64,000 nt of DNA from Octopus vulgaris (Eukaryota). The position numbers and the translations under genes were made by a program. The DNA lies in NCBI GenBank assembly GCA_951406725.2, contig OX597814.1, positions 141,918,001 to 141,982,000 on the forward strand, read 5' to 3'. Of this stretch, positions 39,357 to 52,201 are shown one piece after another (position 1 is the first letter of the stretch; each line of letters starts with the position of its first letter). Under the pieces are notes generated by a model, which saw only the letters and a list, made by a program, of their open reading frames with translations, ran no database searches and had not been told where the DNA came from.

Positions 39357-40281
39357 TTAACCAATGGGTCCATCGGACCCTCAAATTAAATTCATATGGT
39401 TCAGTTGTGCTTTTCAATATACCTAGACATGAAAACTTGAGTGAAGACCAAATATCAAAAAGGTTATTGGAATTAGATGAAGAATGGGAAGAAGATAATA
39501 GGGATTCCTTCTATTTCTCTGAAGATGATGGTGAAAGTGATTGTGTGCTGGACAGTTTAGGTTCTGTGTCATCAGATGACGACAATATTAAAAAAACAAT
39601 TATCTGCAAGCCACCCAATTATGAATGAACAATATTTTTCTAGAGACAGATAAGAAGTTTGGCATTCTAATCCTCTTACCCAAGCAGCAATAAGAACTTC
39701 ATCTTGCAATATTGTGCGCCAAGAATGTGGACCATCCCGTTTTGCTAATGTTTTACTATCTTTATGTGCCAGAATCTTCTTGAAGTAATTCGTAAATGGA
39801 CAAATGTTGAAGGTCAGGTTATTTACAAAGATAAATGGAAGGAAATTGATCACTCTGAACTAAAGAAATTTATTGGACTGATCATTCTTATAGGTGTTTA
39901 TGGATCTAAACATGAAAATGTCACACAGTTGTGGAGTCAAGAAGATGGCCGCTCAATATTCAACAAAATTATGAGCCGGGGAAGATTTCAACAGATTTTA
40001 CAAGTATTGCATTTTGATGATGCTAGTGCAAGAAGAAAAAAGAGAAGTGATGATAAATTGGTGCCCATAAGAGAAGTATTCCAAATGTGGAACCAGAACT
40101 TGCAAGATGGATGTGTTCCAAGTACATGCATGACAGTTGATGAACAATTAGTTTCATTCAGAGGGTGCTGCCCATTCCAGGTATATATTCCTTCAAAACC
40201 AGGGAAATATGGAATTAAAATTTGGGCAATATGCGACAGTGAAACATCTTATGCCTGATAAAATGCGAATCTACACTGGTA
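39357..40281 (+). mobile_element. Truncated, frameshifted piggyBac (PGBD-like) transposase fossil
   Basis: Acidic N-terminus (LLELDEEWEED..SEDDGESD), then IMSRGRFQQILQVLHFDD, TVDEQLVSFRG.CPFQVYIPSKPGKYGIKIWAICDS, breaking off at KMRIYTG; TTAACC and gggtc-n5-gaccc near the left end. Confidence 0.92.
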
Positions 40282-40527
40282 TGATCTATAATATTGTATT
40301 ATATGATTACTACACCTACTCTATCATCGACATGTTTCAATGGATGCATTCAAAATAAATCTGACAGAATGAATAATGTGAAGAAGATAAACAACATCAG
40401 GGAGGAGATAAACAAGAGTGCTCATCAAATAGACATCTTAACAGATATAAGAAGCCCCAGAAAATGTGATGTACATATATGCATATACACACACACCACT
40501 TACATGCAACATATGTATACATATATG

Positions 40528-41174
40528 TACTACAAAATTAGAAAATGGAGAAACATACTTAAATCAATAAAACATCAACTATCAGATGATACCCAATCAA
40601 TACTTTATTACACCATTACATATCAGTAAAGGCATTATACAAAATATATAGTAAATATAAATAGACAAGGAAATATAAATATAAAATATAATATGTAATT
40701 ATATCATATCTGACAGCTGTTTCGGCAGTAAGGGCAGTCATACCTCATTTAACCTATAAGCCATAAAGGCAGGTATAAATGAGGCATTATCAAGGATGCC
40801 CCACGGCCTCTTCAGAGAATTTAATTTGTTATAATTGTGAAAAAATTATTTTTCCATATACATATAAATATAAAAATATAAAAATGTAAAATATAAAAAC
40901 TTGTGCATAAACTCCATAATGCTACACATATATAATACTCATTGATACAATAATGCAAGGTAAACAAAACAAAATAAAACAAAATATATGATATAATTAC
41001 ATATTATATTTTATATTTTATATTTCTATTTCCTTGTCTATTTATATTTACTATATATTTTGTATAATGCCTTTACTGATATGTAATGGTGTAATAAAGT
41101 ATTGATTGGGTATCATCTGATAGTTGATGTTTTATTGATTTAAGTATGTTTCTCCATTTTCTAATTTTGTAGTA
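40528..41174. repeat. Near-perfect inverted repeat: arms 40528-40709 and 40986-41174, spacer ~276 bp
   Basis: Arms read as reverse complements apart from a short AT-rich indel and at least one substitution. Confidence 0.95.
40709..40818 (-). ncRNA. Minimal type I hammerhead ribozyme motif (Penelope-like/retrozyme type) with long stem II
   Basis: Minus strand: UCU-CUGAAGA-GGC...GCC-GAAA-C-AGCU-G-UC/AGA. All conserved core nucleotides present; palindromic stem III loop; predicted cleavage between 40712 and 40711. Confidence 0.8.
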
Positions 41175-42043
41175 TTAATTTACGGTAATATTATTACCTT
41201 TGCCCATATAATACAATAGATGAACTAATTGCTTGGCAATTTTTAACATCTATGTATTAGTCTTGTTGGGTACCTATCTAGCAGTATATTGGATATATGT
41301 TATCCCATGGTGGGTTGAATTTTCAACCCCTATCTCATTTTATATACATATATGTATATATTTACTAATATATATATACATATATACATATGTGTGTGTG
41401 TGTGTATTTACTTATTTCATAAACCTTGAAAAAAATGAAAGACAAAGTCATCCTCGATGCAATCTGAACTCAGAACACGAAAACAAATCACTGCAAAGCA
41501 GTTTGCACACTATGCTAACAGTTCTGCCAGCTCACTATCTTAATATTAATTTCATATTTTGGCACAGGGCCAGCAATTTCAGGAAAGGAGTAAGCCGATT
41601 TGATTGACCCCAATGTTTCACTGGTACTTATTTTATCAACCCTGAGAGAGAGGGAGAGAGAGAGAGAGAGAGGTGGAGAGGAAGGGAAGGAGAGAATGTG
41701 AGAAACATTAGAATGTCTGATGTCAAATAAGTTAATGCTGAATCAGTGACACCAAATATGCAACCCTGAAACAGCTGTACCCAAAATGTCTCAAAGTCAT
41801 TTAATATGTGTTCTAATTGTATAAGAAAATATACATAAGGATATATTTTGTCTTTTAGTATCATATGGTAGCAGTGCAATATCAATTTTGAGATATTGGT
41901 GCAGGTATGGTTGTGTGACAAAAACATTGCTTTCCTAGCACATGGTTCTGGGTTAAATCCCACTGTGTGATGCACCTTCTACTATTGCCTAGGTCCAACC
42001 AAAACCTTGTGAGCAGATTTGGTAGACAAAAACTCAAAGAAGT

Positions 42044-42092
<49 letters not shown>

Positions 42093-42107
42093 GGGGGGGG
42101 GGTAAAT

Positions 42108-42156
<49 letters not shown>

Positions 42157-42158
42157 TA

Positions 42159-43851
42159 TCTCTATTTATAAAACTGAAATGCGAAAAGTTTGTTTGTTTG
42201 TTTGTCTGGTTTTGGCATTGAGAACGGGTTAAAGGCCACTAGATCCCGTCGGATTGACTCCAAAATTTACAGGGACATGTAAAATGAGGTGAGGATGCCA
42301 GTGGGCTAGGTTAGAAATCCTTATCTTAAAAGGTGTCGTTGCTAGGGCCAAAAACGCACTTTGACAAGTCTACTCTCATTCTTTTATGTATCTGTCTTCC
42401 TCCGTCACTCACTCTCTTTCCTCCCTTACCATCTCTTTCTATATATAACGTCGTCTAACAGCGTCTAACTTCCCTTCACTTTCTCTTTATAACGTCGTGT
42501 CATGGCGTTCTATATCTCCCCTCCTCCCCGTCTTCCACAGCGCTTTCACACACTCTCTCTCTCTCTACGTCTGTCTGCATTCATAGAGAGAATTATCATT
42601 GCCACCACAATCACACAATCATGAGAACAAATATTATGAATCTGATAGTTATTGGGTTAATTTATATATGTGTGTGTGTGTGTGTTCTATATATAAATAT
42701 GTATATATAATGTATATATACAAAGTGTATAAATCTGTATTTATGTATATTAAACTTTTTAAAACTTTTTGATAGTTATATATATTTTTAAAAAATTATA
42801 AATATAAATTAATAATTTTAATTTTAAATTTAAATAATTTAAATTTTTCAATTTTATATTTTATATATTTTGTACATTATATTTTTATGTTTTAGGTTTG
42901 TTTTTCACTGTTTGATTTGCCTATTAGTGGTTTTATCTCTAATTTAATTTATACATATATATATATAATTTGTATACATTTGTATATATAATGCATGCAC
43001 GCACACACACAAACACACACATATATACATATATATATATATAATGTGTGCATTATGTGGTCGGTTGAGCTGAAAATATGCACACCTATGTTAAAAGTGC
43101 TGGCAAGTTTGCATGACAACTATTTTTTTCCTCAAATGAAAGGTGTGACCTCTAGGACAAAATTCCTCATCTTATAAAATGTGGCCTCAGTTGACTCGAT
43201 TGAAATCGGGTTATATTAACCAAAATGTGAAAAGGGGGCTAAATGGGGCTGGAAGGGGATTCAAATTTAAAGGAGCGGGTGTTTACGAATTCTCTGTTAC
43301 ATCAAGCTAAAAAATTTGCGCCAGCCTTTTAATCGTCAATGTGTTGCCGTCCATGATGAAGAAGTTTTGAATGCTTGCCATCGTGAGTCTACTGTCGTGA
43401 GAAAGAATCACTTCAAAACTTGGTGTTTAGTAATTTTCTTTTACATCAAGTTCAAAATTTTACGCCAGCCGTTAAACAGTCAATACGTTGCTGTCCGTCG
43501 TTAAGAAATGCCAGCCATGGTGACTCTACTATCCTCACATTCTATCCCTTCAAACTTTGGTTTCCAAAATTTTATTATTTTTATTCAGCTCGCAAGTTTG
43601 TCTGTCCCTTTGAAATGTTAGTGTTTTGCTGTCTGCCTTGAAGCAGACCTTTCCGTTGTCACTGCCTGATATTTGTGATTGATCTTTCAAAATATTTTAT
43701 TTCTCAACTTGCTCAAGATCTTTTGTTGTTTATAAATGGGAGAGAGATAGATAAAGATAGAGAGTAAGAGAAAGCAAGGGAGAGTCCGAGAGAAAAGAAA
43801 AGTAAGAGAGTGGGAAAGTGAGAGAGAAAGGAGAGAGAATCAAAGAGGGAG

Positions 43852-43897
<46 letters not shown>

Positions 43898-44258
43898 GTT
43901 TAACGTCCGCTTTCCGTGCTAGCACGGGTTGGACAGTTTGACCGGGGTCTGGGAAGCCAGGAGGCTGCACCAGGCTCCAGTCTGATCTGGCAGTGTTTCT
44001 ATAGGTGGATGCCCTTCCTAACACCAACCACTCTGTAAGTTTAGTGGGTGCTTTTTTCGTGCTGCCGGCACAGGTGCCAGGGGGGCTGGCAGCGACCATG
44101 ATCGGTTGGTGCTTTTTTCGTGCCACCCGCACAGAAGCCAGTCAAGGCAGCGCTGCAATCGGCCACATTCGGATGGTGCTTTTTACATGCTGAAAGGAAG
44201 CAACAGAAAGTAACAACTACACTCTTACCCGTGCGTAGAGCAGGTCACCTTAAGCTAG
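42159..44258 (+). mobile_element. Non-autonomous Helitron inserted in the (TA)n of a SINE A copy (SINE head ~41896-42045, tail ~44320-44530)
   Basis: A|TCTCTATTTATAAAACTG..(TTTG)n 5' end; imperfect GC hairpin acccgtgc-gtaga-gcaggt then CTAG|T at 44255-58. Confidence 0.8.
43855..44190 (-). mobile_element. (GAT)n-tailed SINE family C (RTE-type tail); other copies near 3922, 8590, 19237, 21025, 21610, 38160, 57880, 60030
   Basis: (CAT)n-cgtttaacgtccgctttcc..ggatgcccttcctaac on + strand, recurring through the window. Confidence 0.85.
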
Positions 44259-44569
44259 TATATATATATAAATAGATTGATATATGTGTGTGTGTGTGCA
44301 TGCACACACGTGTGTATGTGTGTGCATGTGCCTGTGTTTGTTCCCCACCATCACTTGGCAACAGATGTTGGCGTGTTTACATCTCCATAACTTAGTGGTT
44401 TGGCCAAAGAGACCGGCAGAATAAGTACTGGGCTTAAAAAAAAAGTTCTGGGATCAATTCGCTTGACTAAAAATTCCTCACAATGTGGTGCCCCAGTATG
44501 GCCACAGTCTAATGACTGAAACAAGTAAAAGATAAAAAATAAGAAATAAAAATATGTAGCATTATTTGT

Positions 44570-44783
44570 ATGCATGGCTGCATGGTAAGAAGCTTGCTTC
44601 TCAAGCACATGGTTCTGGGCTCAGGCCCAATACATGGCACATTGGGCAAGTGTCTTCTACTATAACTTCAGGCGAACCAAAGCCTTGTGTGTGGATTTGG
44701 TAGATGGAAACTGAATGAAGCCTGTGGTATATATATGAATGTATGTATGTAAGTATGTATGTATGTATGTATGTGTGTGTATA

Positions 44784-44818
<35 letters not shown>

Positions 44819-45052
44819 TATGTCTATGTTTATGTGTGTCTTTGTATCTATGTTTCTCACCCCATTACCACTTGTCAACTGGTTTGGTGTGTTTATGTCC
44901 CTGTAACTTAGCAGTTCAGCAAAAGGGAATGATGGAATAAGCACTAGGCTTTAAAAAAATAAGTCTTGGGGCTGATTTGTTTGACTAAAAGCCTTCAAGA
45001 TGGTGCTCCAGCATGATCACTGTCAAATGACTGAAACAAGTAAAAGAATAAA
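44570..45052 (+). mobile_element. SINE family A copy with internal (TATG)n
   Basis: Family head, core and tail. Confidence 0.88.
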
Positions 45053-45381
45053 GAATGTCATTGTTGTTGTTGCTGTTGTTATTGTTGTTGTTGCTGCTGC
45101 TGCTGTTGCTGTCATCACTATTGTTGTTTATCCTCAAGTCACCCCTGATTAAGCAAACCTATGATCAAAGGTGATCCACTTGTGGCCACTCCATATATTT
45201 GTTCAGACTGTGTTATCCAAAGAGTCCTTTAATATCTTTGAACAGTAATTACAAAATCTGTCGGCTGGAATAGCTAGAAGTCATTAGCATTAATTCTTGT
45301 TATAATGGTCTTATAATTTTAATCTCTGTATTATTAATGTATGTACGTTTGTATGCATGTATGCCAATGTGAATTTGCGTG

Positions 45382-45442
<61 letters not shown>

Positions 45443-46200
45443 GTGTGTGAGCGTGTCGCTGTGAAAGCTTGTGTGAATGTGTATGTATGAATATATATGT
45501 GTGAATGTATATGTGTGAATGTGTGTGTGTGTGTGTGTGTGTGTGCATGCACACAGACTATCCTGCCTTTACTGCAGATGTCAACATCTGTGCTATTATA
45601 TATAATATCGTATGAAATAATATTTTATGACATATTTGAAATATAATTCTCACAACTGAGATATCCATTTTAGCAATATCTATTTATAATTTCTTTTTTC
45701 TTCAGAAAATTTCATTTTATCTTATAAAAGAGAATTATTGTTTTTATTTTTCAATATTGATGTTTATTTTATCATCCTTTCTATCTGTTTCCTTTTTTTC
45801 TTTTTATTTTCCCCAAGCTCCTGCACAAACAAGATTGCCTTTCAGTTAGAAGCAACAAGTTTAAAAAATTAATATTGCAGTATTCTGGTGCATTAGCAAT
45901 CATAATGCAGTAAAACCCAGTTGCAACACAATTTATGAAATGACAAGCCAACAATATTATATATATAAGGTCACTTGAGCTGCTAGAAACAACAGCCAAG
46001 TATCTTAGATTACATCCTATGGCAGTCATTCCTAACCGTTTTATATTAAGAAAACCCTTTTTATTTAAATGGACTTTCCCTAAGGGTTTTGAAAGGTCTG
46101 TCTACTCAACAAATTCTGCACTGAGTTCATGGACTCAAGTACTTTTATTACAGACACCCAGGAGTCTATGGATTACAGGTTCAAAACCACTCCCTGACAG

Positions 46201-46593
46201 TCTTACTCTTTTATTTGTTTCAGTCATTTGCCTGCTGCCATGCTGGAGCACCACCTTTATAGTCGAGTAAATTGACCCCAGAGCTTATTCTTTGTAAGCC
46301 TAGTACTTATTCTATCAGTCTCTTTTGCCAAACCGCTAAGTTATGGGAATGTAAACACACCAGCATCGGTTGTCAAGCGATGCTTGCAGGGACAAAACAC
46401 ATACACACACACACATATATATTCATATACGATGGGCTTCTTCCAGTTTCCATCTACCAAATCCACTCACAAGGCTTTGGTCGGCCCGAGGCTATAGTAG
46501 AAGACACTTGCCCAAGGTGACACACGGTGGGACTGAACCCGGAACCATATGGTTTGTAAGCAAGCTACTTACCACACAGCCACTTCTACACCT
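46201..46593 (-). mobile_element. SINE family A copy; another lies at ~46980-47380
   Basis: Reverse complement of family consensus. Confidence 0.9.
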
Positions 46594-47598
46594 ATGTCTT
46601 AGTAGAATATTTTATTTCACTGTTAAGGGCAGTGAGCTGGCAGAATTGTTAGCACATCAGACAAAATGTTTAGTGGCGTTCTGAGTTCAAATTCTGCTGG
46701 AGTTGACTTCGTCTTTCATCATTTTGGAGTTGAGAAAATAAGTACCAGTTGACCCTGGGGTTGATGTAATCTGCTTAGCCCCTTCTCCAAACCTGCTGGC
46801 CTAGTGCCAAGATTTGAAATTGCTATTTTACTGTCTAATTAAAAGAAACAAAAAATTTGTTAGGATGATCATGATTACTGTACAGTTCAGTGGTTTCCAA
46901 CCGTTTCACTACCAAAGACCCATTTTATTTAAATGAGTTTTCTCATGAACCCCTTTTAATAGTCTATCCTTCTTTTTTTATTCTTTTATTTGTTTCACTA
47001 ATTTGATTGTGGCCATGCTAGAGCACCACTTTTAGTCAAACAAATCAACCTCAGGACTAATTCTCTGTAAGCTTAGCATTTATTCTATCGGTCACTTTTC
47101 TGAACCTCTAAGTTATGGGGACGTAAATACACCAACATCGATTGTCAAGTGATGGACAAACACAGGCACACAAACAAATCTATACACACACACACACACA
47201 CATATATTTATATATATATATATATATGTATGTATACGATGGGCTTCTTTCAGTTTTCATCTACCAAATCCATTCACAAGGCTTTGGTCAGCCCAAGGCT
47301 TTAGTAGAAGACACTTGCCCAAAGTGCCACACAGTGGGACTGAACCCGGAACCATGTGGTTCGTAAGCAAGCTACTTACCCCTTCATTTCTTCTTTTCTT
47401 CCTCATGTTTGGATTGACGAGCTCCTTCGTAAGTTTTAAAGGAGAGATCTATCATTTTCTTTCAATTTTGTAATAAACCTTCTCTTTTACAAGAAATTAT
47501 TTTTATTTCTAAAAGTGGTAGCTTAATGTCTTTAAAGACAGTGCTGAGAATATATGGGTGTGTTTGTATGTATACATGCATACATGCATATACATACA

Positions 47599-48686
47599 CT
47601 AGCAGTATCGCCCGGCATTGCTCGGTTTTGTTTCGACCCGCTGGAATTGTAATTTTGAAAAGTAAAAATTTTGTGAACATTTTTCTGGTCGAAATACACC
47701 GAAAAGTGGCGACACAGCAGTGAAAAAATCGTAAAAAATAGGGATTTTCATAGAAAAAAGCATCTTTTTGATGTAAATAATTTTTGGTGTTAACATGGTC
47801 CAATTTGAATTTTATGTTCTACGGAAGGAAGAGCAACCCTTCTTCTACCATACTCTCAATTTTGGTCAACTTGCGCCGCAGGGTCTCGGAGGAGATAGTG
47901 TTAGTTGAAGGTTACCATTGTAGGTGCCTGAGTAACAACCTCTCGGATTTACAGATAAATGAATTAATTACTATTTTACAGAATAAAATTAAATAATTCT
48001 TGAAAATTAATTAATATTAATATTTTTTGAACAAAGTAAATAATTTTTAAAACTTGAATAATAATTTTTTTTACACAAACGCGAACGGGGAAAAGGGGGT
48101 GGCGAATTCGATTTACATACCTAAATTTTTTCTTTTTCATGACATTGTAGCAAAATATTAGTGAATTATATAAATACCAGCAGTACATTTTTTTTTCTGG
48201 GGTATTTTTTTTCAACCTCGTCACATATTTGCCCCTTTCAATTTAAACAAAGTCTTAATTAAGCAATTACGGCAGCTTAGCAATGGTTTCAATACAGGCG
48301 TGACATGTGTATCTCAATTGTTCAAAACCCTTCGAATTTTTTCGCACGTGATGATATCATAGTGAAAACTTTCAATTATGCGCGCTTAGAAGTACGCTCG
48401 CAAATTAATACTACCAAAATTTTGAAGTTCGCGCTCCGCTTGTGTGTGTGTGTGTGCGTGCTTTAGGTGTACGTAGGTATGTGTTTTTGTGTATGTGTGT
48501 CACTGAAGCCATACATACATATATACATACATAACCTCTCTCTCTCTTTTCTCTCTCAGTCACTCACTACAAAAAGTGAATAAAAAAAGTTCAGTTATTT
48601 CTGTCTTTCACTCTGTCTGTCTCTTTACACACACTAACAAAAGCACTTCACTTACACACCACACTTTCTGTGTCGCACAACCCATC

Positions 48687-48721
<35 letters not shown>

Positions 48722-49268
48722 GCACGCACACATGTACATCAATGCTTTCGGAGTGAAATGTTAAAATATTGAGTTTTCTCGAATTTTGTCTTAATTGGGG
48801 GTGAAATTGAAAGAAATATATTATGGCATGACCGAATGGAGTACTTTGAAAAATCTTAGGTAAACTCTAATTGAAGAAATTGTGTGAGGAGTAAATCGTT
48901 ATGTATTTATTTGTTTCTGTTTGCTGTGTTTTTTTATTTTTTGAGTAGTGGTTTAAATACTTTCAGTTTAGTCTTCCTCAAATCACTCTGTCGCTATTTA
49001 CTTTCATTTTATTCGTTGCACACTGTGTGTGTGTGTGTGCGTGTGGTGTAAACCACATTAAGAAAAGCATTTGACATACACACCAGAATGTGAGTTTTCT
49101 GTAAATTTTGCTTAATTGGAGTTTAAATTTTTAAAACTGGACCTGGCATGACCCGATGCATTCTACTCTTAAAAATGCTAGGTAAATTGTAATTGAAGAA
49201 ATCCTATATTGTAGATTTCTATAAGTTACAAAGGGAGGCAGATAAAATCTGCCTTTTATAATAAGAGA
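47599..49268 (-). mobile_element. Non-autonomous Helitron inserted in (TACA)n
   Basis: Minus strand A|TCTCTTATTATAAAAGGCAG ... ccgagcaatgccgggcgatactgCTAG|T; no TSD. Confidence 0.85.
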
Positions 49269-49305
49269 TACATACATACATACATACATACATACAAACA
49301 TACAT

Positions 49306-49800
49306 CAGCACAAAGACTACTAGTGGAACATTCCCATCAAAGCATTTCTCAAGTGTAAGCATAACAGGCCGGATACAGTTATTTGAGACAACAAGAAAAA
49401 GTATGTACCGTCATAGAGGTCAGCTGTCCTACTGATGCGAATATCTCTTTAAAAATCAAAGAAGAAGATAACTATGGACAACTGCTTTGAAACCTCCAGC
49501 TTCTATATCCGGATTACAAATTTACATTTATACCAATAATAATTGGAGCACTTGGTTTTGTAAGTAAATGCCCAACTGTCAGTCTGGATAAGCTTGGATT
49601 TTCAGAAAAGGAAATCAACCAACTGATTCACACATTACAAATGCAATCTGTAAGCAGAACAGTAAAACAATACAAGACTTTCCTCAGGTTTAAAATGTGA
49701 CATTGTTTTTCATTATCTACATTCCAAAGATGGAGCTCTGTATCTTTGCTAGAAACCAGCTCCTTCTTCAGAGGAAGAATTTAAATGATTAAATACAGAA
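49306..49800 (+). mobile_element. 5'-truncated R4/Dong-like non-LTR retrotransposon fragment (restriction-like endonuclease + 3'UTR)
   Basis: Degraded WNIPIK..KCKHNRPD.VI.D...VCTVIEVSCP.D.NI..KIKE..NY..LL.NLQLLYPDYKFTFIPIIIGALGFV (PD-D/E motif). Confidence 0.8.
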
Positions 49801-50761
49801 GGCACACACATGTACACGCATACACACACACATGTGTGTGTGTGTTTCTTTGTGTCTGTGTTTGTCCCCTGCTTTGTTTATGTTCCTATAACTTACCAGC
49901 TCAGCAAAACTGATGAAGAGACTGATATTAGTACCAGACTTAATAAATAAGTACCAGCCTCGATTTTCAAAGCAGTGGCTGCAGTCCAATGACTAAAACA
50001 AGTGACAGATAAAAGGTAATGTTTGAACATTGTCTGAAGAATATTTAATGAATAATTTTATGGCTGGTCATTCTAATTGTGACAATGAATTTTTAATTAT
50101 TTCCATCTAATTTTTTTGTGTGTAACAACAACAAATTTTTAAAAATCAAGAATTTATAAGAAAGAAAACTTCATAAAGTTTTTCACTAAAATAAAAAGGG
50201 AAGAATATTAAAACTATTGTCCTTCCCTGTGGCTGTTATTTAAAACTTTAACTATGTGTGGTCCTTTCTTTCTTTATTCTCACTGAATTTCCAGTTATTA
50301 TTCTAACTAATTTCACTCACTTTCCCTCCTTCTCTCTCTTTCTATACCATGTATTTATAATTATCACAGTGGCTATATTATAATTAACACAGTTGTTATA
50401 TTATAATTAACACAGTTATTATATAATAATTAACATTGGGGTCATGTTAACTACATTAGAATTAAAATATTGCTGTTTAACCAGAGGTTGGTTCAGAATG
50501 AACAATCATCTAATAGAAAGCTTTCCACTCAATTATCTTTTTTTGTTCTTCATTACATTATCTAATATGCTCATTTTTTTTCTTTTACACTGTAGTGTGT
50601 AGTTTCAGGGAGATTTGGCTACTATTTTTCTCCGACCCCAGTGAATATGTGGAGGCTCCCTCTTTGACTAATATAATCACCACTTTCAATGGTTGACTCT
50701 TTTTGTTATAAAGACAATAGATTTCTTATTTCATTTCTGTAGGAAGAGCCACAACTACATA

Positions 50762-51052
50762 TTTTCCTCCTCCTCGTTGTCATTGTCCTCCTCTTCGTCC
50801 TCCCCATCATCCTTGTTCCTTTCCTCTCCTTTGCCCTCCTCCTCCTCCTCCACCTCGTTGACATTGTCCTCCTCTTCGCCCTCCCATCATCCTTGTTCCT
50901 CTCCTCTCCTTTGCCTCCTCTTCATTGTCATTGTCCTCCTCTTCGTCCCCCCCCATCATCCTTGTTCCTTTCCTCTCCTTTGCCTCCTCCTTTTCCTCCT
51001 CTTCCACCACCACCACCACCACTACCACCACCTTGTCATCCTCCTCCTCCGC
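50762..51052. repeat. Pyrimidine-rich minisatellite, ~3 copies of a ~65-75 bp unit plus (CCA)n
   Basis: cattgtcctcctcttcg..catcatccttgttcct.tcctctcctttgcc repeated. Confidence 0.85.
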
Positions 51053-52201
51053 CACTCTCCACTCCCACAGCAACACTACTGAGAATCAACTCAGAACAGA
51101 CGATACATTCCACTTCCCCCAGATTGAGCCAATCACCGCAAGGAATCTAAATACAACATTTATATACAGATGACTTAAATGACTCAAAATAAGCTCTGAG
51201 CTTCGGATTTAGTGACTTTGAAGCTAAAGAAAACGATTTTCACTTTTTTGCTCTTCAAAATCCAATTAACAGTCATACTGAAAATATAGCACAGAAGAAA
51301 CATCCTCCGTAAAATAGTCAACTCCTCCCCACTTATCATCACGAATGACTTATCAGGCACTGCTCTAGATGTTGAATAAAGCCTTTTTGCATAGACCTCA
51401 CCTCTATCATTACTGTTTAGGAAAGCCATCGTTGAATGCTACTACTTAAATATATCAGAAATTCTAAACAGATCCAAAGGAAGTAGTAATTCATTGTAAA
51501 ACCCAGCCATGTCAACTCCATTGAATCCTTTAGTATTTAAACTGACCATGTCTGACCCATATATTCTACTATCAAACTGGCAAGATCCTGCTTCTCACAC
51601 CTACTCTACAATGTCATTTTGAAAATGTACAATCCCTTCATTGAAATCTCAATGCTACAACACAATTAACAATGACAGTGGCAGTGATAATGATGGCAAT
51701 AACAACAACAACAACTTCTACGATGGCAACACTGTGGGCTAACACACATACACAGAATACAGGAACTGTATCATTTTTTTTTTCGGGTCTCAGGAGAGCA
51801 GCAGCACAATGGGGTGAGAGGATGGGGCTGAGGGGAAGGCCACACTGCTGCTAAAAACTTATACATACAAGCATACGCACACACAAACAAAGACACAAAC
51901 ACGTGCACATAAGGATACACATCTTAGAAGAACAGAAAGGAGTAAGTGGAGCAAGAACACACACAAAAACGAAAAGTGTCACTGAAGAGGTCACAGATGT
52001 GTAACAAAAGATTTCCGGACAATGGACATCAGTTAAAATAAGAACAGTAATAAACGAGTGAAGAAAAAATAAAGAGTGTGTGTGTTTACTTGGCAAAAAA
52101 ATCTTAATATATAAAGTACTGTGTCTTAATGCATGCTCAAACCTCTGGATCAATCTGTACCATACTTGGGATGGAAAGATTAAAAAATTTTTATTAAAAA
52201 A

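Noticed and set aside
49695-49775. Hammerhead-like CTGAAGA..GAAAAACAATGTC on minus strand
   Set aside because: No stem II closing next to GAAA and a non-canonical core; lies in the R4-like 3'UTR
50693-51173. Pro-, Ser- or Glu-rich ORFs
   Set aside because: Low-complexity minisatellite open in several frames; no domain signal
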